A stretch of DNA of 64,000 nt from a virus (lineage: Duplodnaviria > Caudoviricetes). The DNA lies in IMG/VR virus record IMGVR_UViG_2908873634_000001, positions 28,593 to 92,592 of that record. One strand, given 5' to 3'. Under the pieces are notes generated by a model. It did no database searches and was not told the DNA's origin. It was given only the letters and a program-made list of their open reading frames with translations. Position numbers and translations under genes: made by a program. This document shows, piece after piece, positions 44,062 through 53,623 of this stretch; the first letter of the stretch is position 1; the number at the start of each line of letters is the position of its first letter.

Positions 44062-44949
44062 GCGGCTCGGGTCTCCAGAGTGAGGACGGGCAGGAGGAGC
44101 TGGACCGGCTGGGGAGCCGAGGGACGGACGAGCGTCAGGTGCCGTGCCGGTCTGGCAGCGACAGGGCGGGCCCGGGCGAGCGTGGTGCGGGGCGGGTCGG
44201 GCAGGGCAGGGAGGGTGAGCTGCGTCGGCCGTTTCGGGGCGAGACGCCGCTGACGCGAGCCGTCCGTGTTGGGGGCGGCGGCGATCGGCCAGGGCCCGTC
44301 CGGCACGATGCGTGTCCGCGCGGGCAGGACTCGGTAGCGGATCGCGGCGTCCAGGAGCTGCTGTCGGGACGCGGTCTCCTTGTCCAGGCCGAACAAGGTG
44401 CAGAGGGCGGCCCGGTGCCAGTTGGAGGTCCGCAGGTCCATGCCGGCGCGGTAGGCGATCAGCTCGGCGTCCGTCTCCCACGCGAGCTGCCGCAGCACCG
44501 CGGCCTTCCGCGCCCACCCCTTCGACAGTCGCGCCTCGCGGACCTGGTCGCCGATCTGCTGAGCAGACGGCCCCAGCACCACCGGCGGGGTGTCGCCTTG
44601 CGGCGCTGGATGAGTGCCCGGTGCCGCTCCAGGGAGGTCTGGCCGCCCTGGACACCGTCCGGCTCCGCCAGGCCCCCGCCGGGCAACTCACTGTTGGCGT
44701 AGGTGCGGCACAGGGCGAGGACCGGGCACCGCCCGCAGATCGCTATCGCCCGCCGCTGCCATCCCAGACGCTTCGTGGACGGCAGGTCGTCCTCGGTCGA
44801 TCCGCCCCACGCGTCCAGGGGCAGGGTGTCGTCGGCGGCCGCGTACTGGGGCCGGTCGGGGTCGGGGCGCACCCGCGGTAGTGGTAGTGGCGGTGCTCGC
44901 TGAACGCCTCGTAGGCGTCCTTGCTGCTGGCGGTGGTCGTGGTGGTCAC
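44058..44949 (-). CDS. WhiB-like domain fused to a LuxR-like HTH (frameshifted)
   Basis: RGC..AIAICGRCPVLALC..GVQGGQTSLERH, then IAYRAGMDLRTSNWHRAALCTLFG. Confidence 0.6.
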
Positions 44950-45217
44950 GGGGTGGGGCCCCTTCCTGGGATCGGGCGGTGAGACGGGCGTAGGCGGCGT
45001 CGATGGTGTCGGTCGCGGATGCGGGGACGCCCTGCGCTGCCTCCTTCTCGGCGAGGCGGCTGCGCAGGGCGTTGATGCGGTCGGTGTCCCGGCCGCGTAG
45101 GAGACGGACGTCGGTGTCCTGGTCTCGGGCACGGCGCCGGTGGTAGAGGGTGGTGGCGCCGTACCCGGCAAGGACACCGATGAGAGCGGCGAGGGTGGGC
45201 AGCACGAAGTCGGTCAC
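44946..45217 (-). CDS. Small membrane-anchored protein
   Basis: N-terminal TM segment, GGAGG RBS. Confidence 0.55.
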
Positions 45218-45269
45218 GGCGGGACCTCCAGAGGGTGAGGTGGGCCCCGCCGTGGGCGCGGGATAGGGG

Positions 45270-46198
45270 TCAGGCGGCGGCGTTACGTTCCTGGGCGGCC
45301 TGCTGCAGCTCGGCGATCCGTACGGTCACCAGCGTGCGCAGAGGCATCCATGTGCCGTCCGGGCCCTGGGCCTTCCTATCGAAGACGTGGTGCTTCTCCG
45401 CGTCGGCCTTGATCTGCTTCAAGGCAACAGCACTCTCCCAGGACCGAGGAAGCTGGCCGACGATGCGGTCAAAGTCGGCCTGCCCTCCGGTCTCCTGAGC
45501 TACCGGCTGGGGAGCAGACTTGATGGCGGGGGCGTCGTTGGTGCGTCCTAGTTCGGCGGCGAGTTCAGGGGCGAGAGGTACGCCGGGTTCCAGGATCTCC
45601 AGGTCTGAACTCGTCCAGAGGTTCAATGCCATCCCGAACCGCATGCCGGCGTTGCGGATGGCATCGCCGATGATCTCCTTGACGGCGTTGGCGCCGTCCT
45701 TGCCGGTAGCGTCGCCATAGCCGATGCGAGTCACTCCACACACCGTGAGCCGAATCCACATGCCACGGTTGCCGTCGTACTGCGGCAGACCCAGTTGGTC
45801 GAGGGAGAGCGGCTCCCAGTTCCAGAACGGGTCAACGTTCAGAAGCCGGTTGGTGGCTTCGGCGTGGCCGATGTACTTCAGGCAGATGTGCGCATCGGTG
45901 ATCTTCTGCCCACCGCACCGCTGGCACTTGATCTCGTGGTGGTGCTCGCAGACCTTCGGCCAGCCCTGAGCCTGGCTGCACTTCTTGCACCACGGTTGGG
46001 GCCGGTATCGGACTTCCTGCGGGGCGAATGGCTCGCGCAGCTTGTGCAGTGCAGCGATCCGTTCTTCCCGTGTGTAGAGCTCCGCATCGGCAGCGGTCAG
46101 CCTCTGCAGCAAGTCTTCAAGACGGTCGAGAAGCTGGTTCGGGACGTGCTGGTCGAGCCCTCCGCCACTGCGGCGGGGGCCTCGGTGGCCGGGGCCAT
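45270..46198 (-). CDS. Rad52/Sak-like single-strand annealing protein
   Basis: YIGHAEATNRLLNVDPFWNW..KEIIGDAIRNAGMRFGMALNLW. Confidence 0.8.
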
Positions 46199-46280
46199 GA
46201 GATCTCCTATGGGGTTATCGGTGATACGGCGGCGGTAGGGCCCGGTTGTCGGCGTCCAGGCCCGTATGCCACAGGCCCGG

Positions 46281-46843
46281 CTACTCGGCCGGCTTGTCGT
46301 ACTTCTCGGCGAGGTACGCCTTCACGACGTGCCCGATGGTCGTGACGTAGCCGAGTTCGGCCTCACGCAGCTTCGCAGCGTCGTCGAAGAGCTGCTTGAA
46401 CTCGTCGGTCATCCGCAGGTTGATGTAGGTGGCGGCCCCGGTCCCCTTGGCGCGGCGCGGGTAGTCGGCCGGGGAGAACTCGCCGGTGATGAACGCCGTC
46501 ATGGCGTCGATGACATCAGTCGTGGAGGAGCTGTCGCTCTTGCCCACTTGCGCTTGTACCTGTCGTGGGCGACCTTGCCGATGCTGATGGAGAAGCTGTC
46601 GCCGCCGGAGAAGGGCGAGTACCCCTTCTGGGTGCCGAACTGGGCCAGGCGCTTCTTGAGGTCCGCCATTTCGGTGAGCTGCCTGCCCATCGCGTCGGCC
46701 TCGACTGCGGTGCGCAGGTTCCTCCACCCGTTGGGGGTGAGCAGGTCGTCCACGGTGTTGGCGAGCTCGTCGGCGTCGGTGGCGCGAAGGTGGGTGGAGG
46801 CGGCTCGGAGGTTGCTGAGGAGCTTGGTGGAGGCGGAGGTCAC
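46281..46843 (-). CDS. Tandem ribbon-helix-helix-like protein, candidate repressor (frameshifted)
   Basis: SFSISIGKVAHDRYK and TYINLRMTDEFKQLF strand-helix patterns; divergent from operator copy 3. Confidence 0.55.
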
Positions 46844-46988
46844 TGGTCGGGGTCCCTTCGAGGGCCGGCCACTGGGGGCTGTCGGCGGGCGGTTGCGTGC
46901 GTAAGGCATTCCAGTCTCCTTCTTATCTGGTACGCCTGCAACAGGGTGCGGCTTAGGTGGGGATCAATCCCTGAAGCCCACAGTAAGA

Positions 46989-47025
46989 CTTTCCTGTTGC
47001 GTGCGCAACACATAAGGGCTAACCT
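46989..47025 (+). promoter_or_regulatory. Promoter TTGCGT-N17-TAACCT under operator copy 3; a degenerate copy lies at 46922-46949
   Basis: CTTTCCTGTTGCG-TG-CGCAACACATAAG at 46989-47016. Confidence 0.75.
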
Positions 47026-47054
47026 GGCGTCACGTCACGACAGCCGGGGCCACC

Positions 47055-47500
47055 ATGAAGCACACCAACCGCCAGACCCAGCACCACACCCTCACCGACC
47101 TCTACAAGGCCCTCGACCGCCAGCACGCCGCCACCATCACCTGCCTCAAGGAGGAGAAGAACACCGCCGGCAAGAAGACCGGCCACCTCGTCCAGGACAT
47201 CCGCACCCTGGAGATCTACGAGATCCGCACCACCCGCGACGGCCACATCGTCATCGAGGCCATGGACCGCCAGAGCGGCGAGACGCGCACCGTCCGCGTC
47301 GACCGCATCCTCACCTACACCCTCCACCGCATCGGCTACACCCTCACCCGCCCCGAGCCCACCACCTACGAACGCCCCGCACCCGCCCCGACCACCGACG
47401 CCCAGGCCCTGTTCTTCACGAACTCGCCCGCGACCAGGACGACGCCGACTATCGCCCCCGCCGCAAGCTCACCCAGACTGACACTGACCTCGTCGCATAG
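47055..47500 (+). CDS. Stand-alone WYL-like domain protein (frameshifted)
   Basis: IRTLEIYEI..IVIEAMDRQSGETRTVRVDRI. Confidence 0.7.
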
Positions 47501-47508
47501 GAGACCCC

Positions 47509-47963
47509 ATGCCAGGAACCCGCACCGTGGACCTGCTCCGCATCGCCGCCACGCTGGTGATCGAGACCCACCACGGCTCACCGTCCATGCTGGCCCGCCG
47601 AATCCACCAGGATCACGACACCTTCATCAGCTTCAAGACCGCGCAAGCACTCCTCACCGAACTGTTTGCCGCAGGAATCGTCGGCCCGATGAACCGTGAC
47701 ACCCTCTCCTACCCCGTCCTGCTCGACCACGAGGCCGCCATCGCCGCACTGGACAACCGCAACGGCCTCGCCGACTGGGCCACGCTGTACGAGTGCCCGC
47801 AGTGCAGCCGCGTCGCGCCCTGGACCGACGGCCGGAAGATCTCAACGGGCGACGAGACCGACGAGTTCTGGTGCCAGACCTGCGGAGCGGAGGTCCTCTC
47901 CTCTCCTGCACGGTAGTAAACGGCTGTACCGATGTTCCCGGGCCAGCATCGGCCGGACCGTGA
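47509..47963 (+). CDS. Stand-alone FtsK-gamma-like domain plus Zn ribbon
   Basis: DLLRIAATLVIETHHGSPSMLARRI..ISFKTAQALLTELFAAGIVGP; CPQC..CQTC. Confidence 0.65.
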
Positions 47964-48038
47964 TCACCGGCTTAGCGTTAACCGCTGTACCGATGTTCCC
48001 CGAGGCCGTAGTAGCGACCTCCTGACCCCGGACACGAC

Positions 48039-48075
48039 AAAGGCCACCGCCCCGAACCTCGGGTGGTGGCCTTTC
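48039..48075. terminator. Bidirectional hairpin
   Basis: AAAGGCCACCGCCC..GGGTGGTGGCCTTT. Confidence 0.7.
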
Positions 48076-48132
48076 AGGTCATATGGATTGCGCACGCGCA
48101 GCGTAGCCGAACAGCTCACCAAAGCGCCAGAC

Positions 48133-49286
48133 CTACCCCGCAACCAGGCCCCGCACCGCCTCCTCAGACAGCGGCTCGGCCTCGACCGCACGCCGCAACT
48201 GCTCCATCCGTGTCGGCAACGGCGCCCACCCGTACTGCCCCGCCATCACCGTATTGAGGGCCGCAACGCCCTTCGTGTACGCCCGCTCCAGGCCGTTCTG
48301 CCGCAGAGTCACCCCCGGCGGGCCAGCCGTCGACGCCGCCAGCGTCACCCACAACGCCGACCGGCCACCCTCCAACGGCAACGCCTCCAACACTGCCTGC
48401 CGGACCCGCAGCCACCGTCGCACCGCCACCCGCGTGCCCTCCCGCAGCCGGTGCCACTCCACCTCCGGCAACGGCTCCAGCTCCGCCATCGCCGCCAGCA
48501 CCCTCTGCCGTGTGGCCTCCGACCGCTGCTCCAGCCGGCCCAGCCGAATCTCCCGCACCGACGCCGGATGCACCTGCGCCAGCGCGGCGATCTCCTCGTC
48601 CCGGATCGGCGACGCCCGCTGCGGCCGCCGCCGCAACCCCACCGCCACCGCATCGCCCGCCAGGTCCTCCAGGCGCAGCGCACACAGCTCACCCGACCGG
48701 GCGCCGGAGTCCAGCACGATCCCGACCATCGCCAGCAGCCGGGCCCGCGCCTCACCCGACAACCCCAGCCCGTCCCCGCGCCCGGTCCGGCCGCGGCCAT
48801 GTCCGCCAGGCCCCGATACAGCGCCGCCCTATCCCGCGCCGGCACCACCGGTCTCAGCGTCGGCTGATCCACCACCGGCAGTGGTACCCGCTTGCCCGGC
48901 ACCACCAGGTCCGCGAGGATCCCCAGCACATCCCGCACGATCCGCTGCGACGCCAACGGCAACGCCCGGCCCACATCCTCCGGCCGCGCCCGCAACTCCC
49001 CGGCCACCGCCAACTCCCAGAACCGGCCCAGCACCGGCCCGGTGAACAACCGGCGGGCTTCGAGGCGGCACATGCGCGGGAACTCCTCCCACGCCATCGC
49101 CCGGTCCCACATGCCCACGACCATCCACAACTGGTCCGCGCGCGGCCGCGACACCGGCAGCAGCACACCCCCACCCGACCGGATCGGCTCCCGCGACTCC
49201 CACCGCTCTCTGTCCCGCGGCGCGACGCGGGTGACGACCTGCGCGAGCTGACGCACCGATGCCGCGCTGTACTGCCGACTGTCCAC
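48133..49286 (-). CDS. Tyrosine-recombinase-like protein lacking the catalytic Tyr region (one frameshift)
   Basis: RLLAMVGIVLDSGARSGELCALRLEDL; EQLRR is followed by a stop 18 aa later. Confidence 0.7.
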
Positions 49287-49296
49287 CCTGAACCTC

Positions 49297-50415
49297 CTAC
49301 AGGCCGATCCCCGTGAGCGGGTTTCGCTCATCCAGCCCGTCGGCTTCCTCTACATACCCCTGGAAGGCCTTCGACCCGTCGGCCCATCCTCCATGCCGAC
49401 TCGTATGGATGGGGTCGGCTTTCGCCAGGAGCGCCGCAGTGGCGAACCCTCGGCGCAGGGAGTGCGAGCGCCACCGGCCGCTCATGCCGACAGCGGCCAT
49501 GGACAGCTCGACGACATCGGAGATCGCATCGGTGGTCAGGCGGCCATCAGGGTCACCGACCTGCTCGCCACCCCGGTAGCTCGGCGGGGCAAGGTAGCCC
49601 CAGCGGTCGACGCGCACGAACAACGGCCCGCTCGTGTGCCCCTCCACGGCGAGCGCGTCCAGATAAGTACGGACGGCGCGGACCGGGCAGGTCTCCGGCT
49701 GCGACCCGTACTTGACCGTGACGTTCTGCCACTCTTTGATCTTCTTGCGGTAGATCCGCACCCGGACTCCGACGCCCTCGACCTCCGCAGGCTCGGTGAC
49801 GGACCCGACGTTCAGCAGCGTCAGCTCAACCGCACGCGCCGCGCAGGCGAACCCCAGAAGGAGAATCGCCGCATCCCGCTTGCCCTTCAACGTCGCCCGG
49901 TCGACGACGGACAGCGCCTTCTTCAACACTGCGGGTACGGCAGGCGACGTCTTGCGTGCCCGGGCATGCCCGGCATCCGCCTCCGACAGCCGGCGCCGGT
50001 ACCCGGCAACGACCTTCCGGGCTCCCTTTGTCTCCGGCGGCTGGACCCCGGCCGCGCTGTGCATGGTCCGGATGGACGCGATGACCCGCTCCATCGTGGA
50101 CGGACTGTACGGCCGGCCCGTGCGCTCCCGAGGAGTACGCGTCAGATGAGAGATGTAGTGCGACACCGTCTGCGGCGCTGCCGGGACAGCTCTACGACCC
50201 ACGGTCTGACACCAGGCGACGTACTCGGCGAAGTCCCGCTTGTAGGCCTTGTCGGTGGAGTCGGCGATACCGGCCTCGATGTCCTCCCGCACCTCGTCCG
50301 GGAGCCAGGCGTCCGGGTCATCGGCAGCGTCCGGCCGGATAAGGGCCGTGTCATGCCGTACAACGTGGAGCCGATCGTCCTCGACCAGTTCCCCGTCCAC
50401 CACTTCATCGTTCAC
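49297..50415 (-). CDS. Cre-like tyrosine recombinase
   Basis: Intact ORF; RDAAILLLGFACAARAVEL, RKK, CPVRA, HSLRRG, HGGW..GY. Confidence 0.92.
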   Translation of the reverse strand: MNDEVVDGELVEDDRLHVVRHDTALIRPDAADDPDAWLPDEVREDIEAGIADSTDKAYKRDFAEYVAWCQTVGRRAVPAAPQTVSHYISHLTRTPRERTGRPYSPSTMERVIASIRTMHSAAGVQPPETKGARKVVAGYRRRLSEADAGHARARKTSPAVPAVLKKALSVVDRATLKGKRDAAILLLGFACAARAVELTLLNVGSVTEPAEVEGVGVRVRIYRKKIKEWQNVTVKYGSQPETCPVRAVRTYLDALAVEGHTSGPLFVRVDRWGYLAPPSYRGGEQVGDPDGRLTTDAISDVVELSMAAVGMSGRWRSHSLRRGFATAALLAKADPIHTSRHGGWADGSKAFQGYVEEADGLDERNPLTGIGL

Positions 50416-50864
50416 TGCGACTCTTCCTCGTCGCGCACCAGACGGCCCACCACTCGCCGGATCTGTTCCTCGGTCACGGCCATGAACTCGGTGAAGAGGG
50501 CTTCGCCTTCCTCTGCGGGAATCGGTTCGCCGCTCAGGAGGTAGCTGGTGAGGCCGTTGATGTACCGCGGAGAGGGGTCGATGAACGTGCCCGGCTTGAT
50601 CTTCTCGCCGCACAGGGGACATTCGAACCAGGTGTCGGTGTGCTCGTCACGGCAGTCGTCGCACCAGTACGGTTCGCTCTCGCGCCGGACCAGCGTGGGA
50701 TAGCGCACGCGCCTGTTCTTGGCCTCGCGTTCCGCGCGGTGATGGTGGAGTGCGTTGTCGGTGTAGGCCCACCGTGGGTCAGGCTGAGGCAGGTTCGTGC
50801 TGACCTCGATGCGTTCGGTCTCGATCTCTAGGACGCGGTCGTCGTGCACCAGCTCCATGATCAT
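50412..50864 (-). CDS. Zn-ribbon hypothetical protein
   Basis: CDDC..CPLC; translationally coupled at both ends. Confidence 0.65.
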   Translation of the reverse strand: MIMELVHDDRVLEIETERIEVSTNLPQPDPRWAYTDNALHHHRAEREAKNRRVRYPTLVRRESEPYWCDDCRDEHTDTWFECPLCGEKIKPGTFIDPSPRYINGLTSYLLSGEPIPAEEGEALFTEFMAVTEEQIRRVVGRLVRDEEESQ

Positions 50865-51163
50865 GGCCGCCACTCCTCCTTGTAGTCCGGATGCGTGTCG
50901 TAGGGGACCGCAAGTCGGCAGGCCACGTCCCATGAGGCCATCGCCGCGTCGTCGAATCCGGCACCGTACGACAGGTCGTACGCCTTGGGGAACACCTCGT
51001 TGAGGATGCTCTGTACCGCGTCGACCTCCGCCATGGCGATCTGGGCCTCCTCCAGCGGCAAGCTGTGCGCTCTTGCCCGGCGCTCGGCAAACCGGTCGTT
51101 CAAGAAGACCATCAGCTTGGCGGCGGAGGGCCCGAACATTTCCTCGGCTTCTTCTGGCTCCAT
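50861..51163 (-). CDS. DUF6221-like protein
   Basis: Terminal LAVPYDTHPDYKEEWRP. Confidence 0.65.
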   Translation of the reverse strand: MEPEEAEEMFGPSAAKLMVFLNDRFAERRARAHSLPLEEAQIAMAEVDAVQSILNEVFPKAYDLSYGAGFDDAAMASWDVACRLAVPYDTHPDYKEEWRP

Positions 51164-51326
51164 AGAAGGAACATTATCTGGAGCTAGACCGATCGATCCC
51201 CCAGCGGACAGAGGTGGGTGGGTGATATGTGAGCTTATCGTGCATGACGGCCCGTCAGATTCTTCGTCAGGAGCGATTCTGCGCTCAAGCACCTCGGAAC
51301 GATTACGCAAACCTCTGGCGATCACT

Positions 51327-51345
51327 ACCTTAAGGAGCTTAAGGT
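51327..51345. promoter_or_regulatory. Operator ACCTTAAG-N3-CTTAAGGT
   Basis: Perfect inverted repeat 6 nt before the ATG of the Phd-like gene. Confidence 0.65.
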
Positions 51346-51351
51346 TTGTTC

Positions 51352-51822
51352 ATGAGTAGTCATCAAGAGGTAGGCATCGAGACGGCCCGCCCTCAACTCG
51401 GAGACCTCGCCAACCAAGCCCACTACGGCGGGACCATCAGCTACCTGACCCGGAACGGGAGGCGGGTCGCCGCCATCGTCCCGGTCGGATCCCAGGCCAG
51501 CGCTCTCCTGCGTCGATCATCGATGCCGCCGTGCAAGCCGCGTGGCCGGGCCTTCCCCGGGAGTCAGCGCGGAAGAAGCGCGGCGTCGGACGATCGCAGC
51601 CCTAAATGCTGCCCAGCCGCATCTGGCCGATCTCATGGACCGAGCAGAGCGAGAGGCGCAGCTGCTCAGCTCGGCACCACGATGCGCGACCGACTTGCGA
51701 CCGTGGTGAACGCAGAACTTCCCGAGCCCGCTCCGGGGCTGGTGAACCGTCTGGCCGACTTGATCGTTGAAGCCCGCATCCGGGCCAAGCAGGACGCTCC
51801 GTACCGCGCCACCGAGAAGTGA
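51352..51822 (+). CDS. Phd/YefM-domain protein with C-terminal extension
   Basis: VGIETARPQLGDLANQA..YLTRNGRRVAAIVP. Confidence 0.75.
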   Translation: MSSHQEVGIETARPQLGDLANQAHYGGTISYLTRNGRRVAAIVPVGSQASALLRRSSMPPCKPRGRAFPGSQRGRSAASDDRSPKCCPAASGRSHGPSRARGAAAQLGTTMRDRLATVVNAELPEPAPGLVNRLADLIVEARIRAKQDAPYRATEK

Positions 51823-51833
51823 GGACACCGACC

Positions 51834-52027
51834 ATGAGTAGCACTCTCCTGCCGACCAGCACGAATACGAGGCGCAGATGCGGCGCCTGGAGGAGGACGC
51901 CGAGTCCGCCCGACAGGCCTACATCCGTGCCAAAACGAACTACGATCGTCTCTGCGACGACATGCGAGACCTGCGCATCGCGTGGCGGGACCAGCAGAAG
52001 GCCGCCAACCGCACCACCGAAAAGTGA
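51834..52027 (+). CDS. Small coiled-coil protein (frameshifted)
   Basis: YEAQMRRLEEDAESARQAY. Confidence 0.45.
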
Positions 52028-52039
52028 GGGGAGCCTGTC

Positions 52040-52318
52040 ATGCCTGACGTTGATGATCTCTCCTGCCGGATCGTGCAGAACCAGCTTGCCGACGAAGCCC
52101 GCCGCGTTGCGCAAGAGGCCGAGAGGCTGAGCGAGATGGCCCTTCAGCTCGCAAGGTCTGCTACCGGCTCCAGCAGCCTCGGGGGCGATGCGTCCCGGAT
52201 CGTGCAGGCGGCCGGAGCCCTGCTGGAACGGGCCGCCCGACTGGACGGAAAGCGCGAGATTGCGCATGTGGCTGGACTCGACGAGGCGGTACAGCCCTCA
52301 CCTGCTGTCGAGAAGTGA
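52040..52318 (+). CDS. Hypothetical helical protein
   Basis: GGGGAG RBS, clean ORF. Confidence 0.6.
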   Translation: MPDVDDLSCRIVQNQLADEARRVAQEAERLSEMALQLARSATGSSSLGGDASRIVQAAGALLERAARLDGKREIAHVAGLDEAVQPSPAVEK

Positions 52319-52502
52319 AGGACGCGATCATGCCGCTCTATCGCGTGCTCGGCACCAGTAAGGCGTACCCGACCGAATCGGACTGGGAGCTGATTCTGGA
52401 GACGGACGACGCGGTCGAAGCGACCACCACCGTCCACGAATCCGAAGGCACCTTCTGGCGCCGACTCACCGAAGACGACGAGATCGTCTCGCCCGCGTCT
52501 GA
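52315..52502 (+). CDS. Small acidic protein (end uncertain)
   Basis: YRVLGTSKAYPTESDWELILETDD. Confidence 0.45.
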
Positions 52503-52600
52503 ACGCGATGATGGTCCAGCCCGAGGAAAGCGGGCTGGACCATCTGCGTGTCAGGGTAGTGCCGAACGGACTGTCGGCGAGCACCACTACCGTTGCCGCC

Positions 52601-52854
52601 ATGACACAGACGAACGAAGATCCCCGCCCGGTCCCGCCTCTCGGCTGGTGCGCCGAATGTATCCGCGAGGCCGGGTGGAACCGTGCGGCCACGCTCTGGG
52701 AGGGCACCGCCCTCTGCGCTCAGCACCTGATCTACAAGGCCGGCATCGGCGACATAGACATCGAGGAGGAGAACGCCCCCATGGCAAGCCGCAGGCCGTA
52801 ATGGACCAGCTCCGACGGAGCATGCACGCCCCCGGCAGGAACGCCGGGTTCTAG
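52601..52854 (+). CDS. Small Cys-containing protein (frameshifted)
   Basis: WCAEC..ATLWEGTALCAQHL. Confidence 0.45.
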
Positions 52855-52891
52855 GACCTGTGTGGCCCCAGAACCGTCTGGGGCCACACCC

Positions 52892-53167
52892 TTACGGCAC
52901 CGTCCACTTTCCGGTCTCGTCTAGGAGCATCCCGACACCGCACCGCTGGCACATCCCCGTAGGCCGCGGGTGACCGAGTTCCGTAGTGTCGATCGGGTCG
53001 TGCTGCAGGCAGGTGCCCGCTCCTCGCATGGCGATCGACAGGGCTGCCGCAGTACCCGGCTGGGGCTTGATGCCGAAGAGGTCGTGCTCCAGGACCGCGA
53101 TGCGGGTTGGATTGGAGCGCGGCCCTGGCGGAGGAACGTCTCGGCGGCGCCAGGGCCAGAGCCTCAC
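52892..53167 (-). CDS. Small hypothetical protein (frameshifted)
   Basis: RIAVLEHDLFGI..CQRCG. Confidence 0.5.
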   Translation of the reverse strand: MRLWPWRRRDVPPPGPRSNPTRIAVLEHDLFGIKPQPGTAAALSIAMRGAGTCLQHDPIDTTELGHPRPTGMCQRCGVGMLLDETGKWTVP

Positions 53168-53623
53168 TGCGGCTTCCCCTGCTTGAGGCGGCGCCAGTAC
53201 GACTCCTCGGTGTAGTCGAACCGCTCCCAACCACGGTCGCCCATGTCGACGTTGCGTTCCCACGTGGTGTCCGGCTTGCCGTCATCGCCGTAAGGCGGCT
53301 CGTCCGAGTAGTCCCACTGCTTCCGGGGACCTTCGGTCAGGGTGTACTCCCAGTCCGGATGAGCGCAGCGTGCATGGAGCTCGGCGTCGGTAAGCCCCTC
53401 CAGCTCCTTCCGGCGCTCAGCACGCTGGACGTCCTCGGACCACATGACCACACCGTCGTACCCGTCGGCGAAGAGCTGCCCGAGGGCCATAGCCGTGACG
53501 ACCTTGTCCCGGGCGGTGTCCTCGACGGCTACGTGCCCAGAGGGGAACTGGACGCCGTGCAGGATGCCGCCGGCGAACAGGTGGAGCTGAAAGGGGCGGG
53601 AGAGCTGTTCTGGAAGGGGCCAT
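53164..53623 (-). CDS. Hypothetical protein ending in the duplicated HPDWEY domain
   Basis: LHGVQFPSGHVAV N-terminal domain plus the duplicated domain. Confidence 0.6.
53187..53391 (-). repeat. Copy 2 of the about 205-bp coding duplication
   Basis: Matches 25065-25269. Confidence 0.9.

Noticed and set aside
47917-48007. CRISPR mini-array
   Set aside because: Only two copies, no palindromic stem, unlike actinobacterial repeats, and no cas genes
25065-53391. Diversity-generating retroelement TR/VR pair
   Set aside because: Differences are mostly synonymous and not adenine-specific, both copies are coding, and no reverse transcriptase is seen
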